Of a stretch of 52,688 nucleotides of DNA, positions 49,484 to 52,688 are shown one piece after another. Source of the DNA: a virus (lineage: Duplodnaviria > Heunggongvirae > Uroviricota > Caudoviricetes); IMG/VR virus record IMGVR_UViG_2531839667_000013; one strand, 5' to 3'. How positions within the stretch are numbered: the stretch's first letter is position 1; each line of letters opens with the position of its first letter. Under the pieces are notes generated by a model, which ran no database searches, had not been told where the DNA came from, and was given only the letters and a program-made list of their open reading frames with translations. The translations under genes were made by a program, and so were the position numbers.

Positions 49484-50164
49484 ATGGATTCTATAGATAA
49501 AAGGTTTCTTGATTTTATTCGATCTAAGAAAAATAATATAGTATTGGACGATAAGAAGGATGATTTCAAAAAAGACGATGGCTCTAGTTCGAAAATGGCA
49601 GATTATTTGTTATTTAATAACGATGTTATTTTAGAGCAAAAATTACTTACAAATGACAGAACTGATTTAATAAATGAAAAAATTAATGAGCTAGCTAAGA
49701 CTGATGAATGGCTTAAAAGAAGTTGGTTCGGTAGGGTTCATATTGAGGAATTGATTCAAAAACACCCCGACTCAGATGCTTTCAGAAAAAAGATAATGGA
49801 TTATGCTTATAGAAATATAAAAGATCTTGTAGCAACCTCCAATAGACAGATTAGAGTAACAAAGGAATCTTTAAATATTCCTAGAGCAGTCGGTGGACTT
49901 GTTATTCTTAATGAATCGATAATGCCTTATGAATCTGAAAATGTAATGAAAGAACTTAATTTTCTTGTTGAAAATCCACATTATGAACATGTTGATTTTG
50001 TTCTCTATATATCAGAACTACGTAGATCAACACATAATATGATTGATATGTCAGCAATTATAAAAAGCAGCTCTCCAAGATATGAGTTTGTAAACTGGTA
50101 TATAAAAAACGTTTTCTCATTCGATTTCGCTTCATTTTTTAATCACCCTATACAATTTTTATAG
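49484..50164 (+). CDS. Hypothetical protein (226 aa); possible nuclease-like motif
   Basis: ATG with AGGAAAG RBS; ADYLLFNNDVILEQK could be read as a D-x11-ExK motif, but this is weak. Confidence 0.4.
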   Translation: MDSIDKRFLDFIRSKKNNIVLDDKKDDFKKDDGSSSKMADYLLFNNDVILEQKLLTNDRTDLINEKINELAKTDEWLKRSWFGRVHIEELIQKHPDSDAFRKKIMDYAYRNIKDLVATSNRQIRVTKESLNIPRAVGGLVILNESIMPYESENVMKELNFLVENPHYEHVDFVLYISELRRSTHNMIDMSAIIKSSSPRYEFVNWYIKNVFSFDFASFFNHPIQFL

Positions 50165-50248
50165 TAGGGTGGGAGTTTGTTAAAATGCATTGGCTTTATG
50201 GAGTTATCATTCAGATAGGAGTTGCTTGAGAAAATCTCTTTCTTGAAA

Positions 50249-50830
50249 CTACTGCGTTTTGCCTTGGCAATTAATTTTGTTCTCTTTAGTTTTAGCTTTT
50301 TTGTCCTTCAAGTAATAAGTTTTCATGAAGGTTAAGCGATCACCATTAAACATATAGTCTGGATTAATAAAATAATAGTTCTGTATCATGGTCTCAGCAA
50401 TAAATTTCTTGTCAGCAAGTTCTTTCATCCCTTTGAAATATGTCGTTCTTGATATTTTTACAATCTCTTGATCAACAATATCGAATGACATTAATATCGT
50501 ATCTGTATCTTTATTGTCTCTAATAGCAAGATACAGTATCTTAAATACTTTCTTACCTGATGAGGATAAACCCTCAATAGCTGATACGCCATCCACATAA
50601 AGCTTCACGAACTGTGTCTTGTCTACTTCCATTGACTGAAAGAAACCACCATGCCCAACCTGTTCTCCTGTATTTTCATTTACTACGGCTAAGCGGTCTT
50701 TTCCTGTTGTGATACGTCTGATACCTGTTTTTGTATGTATATTTGTATCATTAAGGAATGGGTTTTTTACATGGCGAGGTAGACCTCTTCTTGATTTCTT
50801 TACTTCCGTTTGTATCTTATTTTCTATCAT
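50249..50830 (-). CDS. Putative winged-helix DNA-binding protein, RepL-like (replication/maintenance or regulator)
   Basis: NENTGEQ...FVKLYVDGVSAIEGLSSSGKKVFKILYLAIRDNKDTDTILMSFDIVDQEI...ISRTTYFKGMKELADKKFI resembles the RepL family pattern as recalled. Confidence 0.3.
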   Translation of the reverse strand: MIENKIQTEVKKSRRGLPRHVKNPFLNDTNIHTKTGIRRITTGKDRLAVVNENTGEQVGHGGFFQSMEVDKTQFVKLYVDGVSAIEGLSSSGKKVFKILYLAIRDNKDTDTILMSFDIVDQEIVKISRTTYFKGMKELADKKFIAETMIQNYYFINPDYMFNGDRLTFMKTYYLKDKKAKTKENKINCQGKTQ

Positions 50831-51753
50831 GGTATTTACTCCTTTATTTTTTTAGTTATACATTTAAGTAAATACTATATTTTGCGTGCAAGTCAATACT
50901 TAAAGTTTATATTTTTTAAAATAACTAACACTTGATGTTTTTACGTATAAAACTTGTAGTGCTACAGAATATATACAAATAACACTTTATTATTTTTATT
51001 TGAGAATAGTTATCAACTTAAGTACCGGGATTCGGGACTTTAACTCCCGAGAGTGCGTACTTTGTTTTAAGCTATAGCTGGCTTGAGAGCAGTTTTCTTC
51101 TTCATTATTCAAATAGCGAAGCTTTGGATGACATTTTAAAGAATATAATATTGGAAACAGTTCTTCTTTTTAGTTGATTGGTGCCATTATCAAAATGGCA
51201 CCAGTGGTGTTATCTGTGTTATTTTTCCTACTATGTTATTACAGCGAAGTGATTGTTGTATACAATCACGAACCGCTGCTACTATCGGGACTGCTTGATT
51301 AATTTTACTTTAACTTTATATGCGTCTACGACGCGATCTTTTTTGGATAAATCCAATATTAACAGGGGCAAGCCCTGTTCAGCAGAGTGATTGTTCGCAA
51401 CAATCATGAAGTGCTGCTATCAAGGATATAGTTTTCCTATACGTTTAAGAGCAAATGCTATATGTCTAAAGGGAAAAACTATGTTTAAACATAGGATCTA
51501 AATTCAGCATCATGAGGAAAAGAGATCAAACAATGATCGAGTACTTTTTTTATTTAAAAGACAGGAGATGAATAAAATAAAAATATCAGCGTCAGGGCGT
51601 AGCCGTGCGTAAGCACAGAGATAAAGATCTTTTCAAAAAGAAGTTTAATAATAAGAAGTAAAATCATAAATAAATGAAAATATATTTGATTTTTACGCTT
51701 ACAATAGAGTATTAAACAGTAATAAAATAATAAAATAATAAAATGAAAATACA

Positions 51754-52023
51754 ATGAACAATATTAAAATGATCACACTCTTCCATCCACATGACAAAAC
51801 ACCATTCATGATCTCTATTGTATGCAAAGTAGAAGATACAGAACTTGGATTGAAATTAACTCTTGAAAACGGCAACAACATTTGTGTCAATAATTATAGT
51901 CATTATCTGTTATCAGAGTCTGCAAGTCGTTGCGATAAACACAGGTTAAAGAATATTTATATTCGATTGGTTTCTGAACTCACGCAGATGAGTGATGAAA
52001 CTATAAAATCGCAAATGTTATAA
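51754..52023 (+). CDS. Hypothetical protein (89 aa)
   Basis: ORF in extremely AT-rich DNA; no recognised domain. Confidence 0.3.
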   Translation: MNNIKMITLFHPHDKTPFMISIVCKVEDTELGLKLTLENGNNICVNNYSHYLLSESASRCDKHRLKNIYIRLVSELTQMSDETIKSQML

Positions 52024-52105
52024 AAGTTATATTGAACATAATAAATATTTTTGATATTACGATCAGTTGCATGGTATTAAATAAAAACAATAACAGGAAA
52101 ATATC

Positions 52106-52489
52106 ATGAGAAAAATAAAAACAAAAATCTACTTGCCTACAGCTTTAACAGGAAATATGGATAAACACTATATCCCTATTTTAGAGGATTTAAGAAAATC
52201 AATATACAGCGACAGAATGTTATCAAGGCTTGCAGATAGCGGCAATATTGTTATCCATAGTTCAGTTGGGTATCCGGTTGCTAAATACAAAAACACGGGG
52301 ATTAGCATAGGTATAGAACCATTAAATCCAATGATAAGACAAGATCTGAGTCTTGGATATATCGTGGTAGTCAGAAACGGAAAAACACCACAGGAAGTTA
52401 ATGGTTTACTTAACAGGTCATTGCCAAAAGCAATAAGCACTTTTAAGGATCACATCAACGAATATGAATCAGTAAAAATCAAAATGTGA
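52106..52489 (+). CDS. Hypothetical protein (127 aa)
   Basis: ATG preceded by AACAGGAAAA; no recognised domain. Confidence 0.35.
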   Translation: MRKIKTKIYLPTALTGNMDKHYIPILEDLRKSIYSDRMLSRLADSGNIVIHSSVGYPVAKYKNTGISIGIEPLNPMIRQDLSLGYIVVVRNGKTPQEVNGLLNRSLPKAISTFKDHINEYESVKIKM

Positions 52490-52688
52490 TAACAACCTAT
52501 GATCTGGTAAAATATTTAGTCTGATAACTACAGGAGGAAGATGAGTGATGGAAGGTAAGTTAATTTTTTGTTCCGATGCAATACTACGGTTTCAGTCTGA
52601 TTACGATGAAACCGCTGCCGTTCCATTGTTCTCACTCGCTGAGAGAGAATCCTTTTGTTCCTCTGTTTTAAACATTGATGATAGCTAG

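Overview
Lambdoid (Qin/phage 21-like) enterobacterial prophage in genome order (immunity to tail), followed by a T3SS effector cassette, a partial serU tRNA fragment, and the start of a low-GC serU-type genomic island. All calls are from reading the sequence and recalled homology; no searches were run. Prophage, left to right: dicB-operon genes ydfC/ydfB/ydfA-like (-), DicA-like repressor (-), operator region, DicC-like Cro, YdaT-like, O-like and lambda P-like replication genes, a low-GC cargo gene for an orphan periplasmic binding protein, a hok-type toxin, YdfU-like, RusA, antiterminator Q, tR', a DNA methyltransferase, tRNA-Ile(CAU) and tRNA-Arg(UCU), a disrupted TerB-like gene where Stx phages carry stx, NanS-p esterase, S21-type holin / SAR endolysin / Rz / Rz1, a lambda-identical cos site, and a near-complete lambda-like head and tail set (Nu1, A, W, B, C, D, E, FI, FII, Z, U, V, G, G-T, H, M, L, K, I, J, lom, stf). 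Downstream of the tail fibre: nleB (intact), an nleC remnant, nleH with two frameshifts, nleF (intact). After the 62-nt serU 3' fragment comes an AT-rich island with alpA, an H-NST-like and an Hfp/H-NS-like gene, and several uncharacterised proteins. The best candidates for something undescribed are in that island: an MBL-fold (ComEC-type) protein co-oriented with the H-NS paralog, a divergent pair of unknown proteins beside a RepL-like gene, and paired palindromes. No integrase, stx genes or CRISPR array are in the window.
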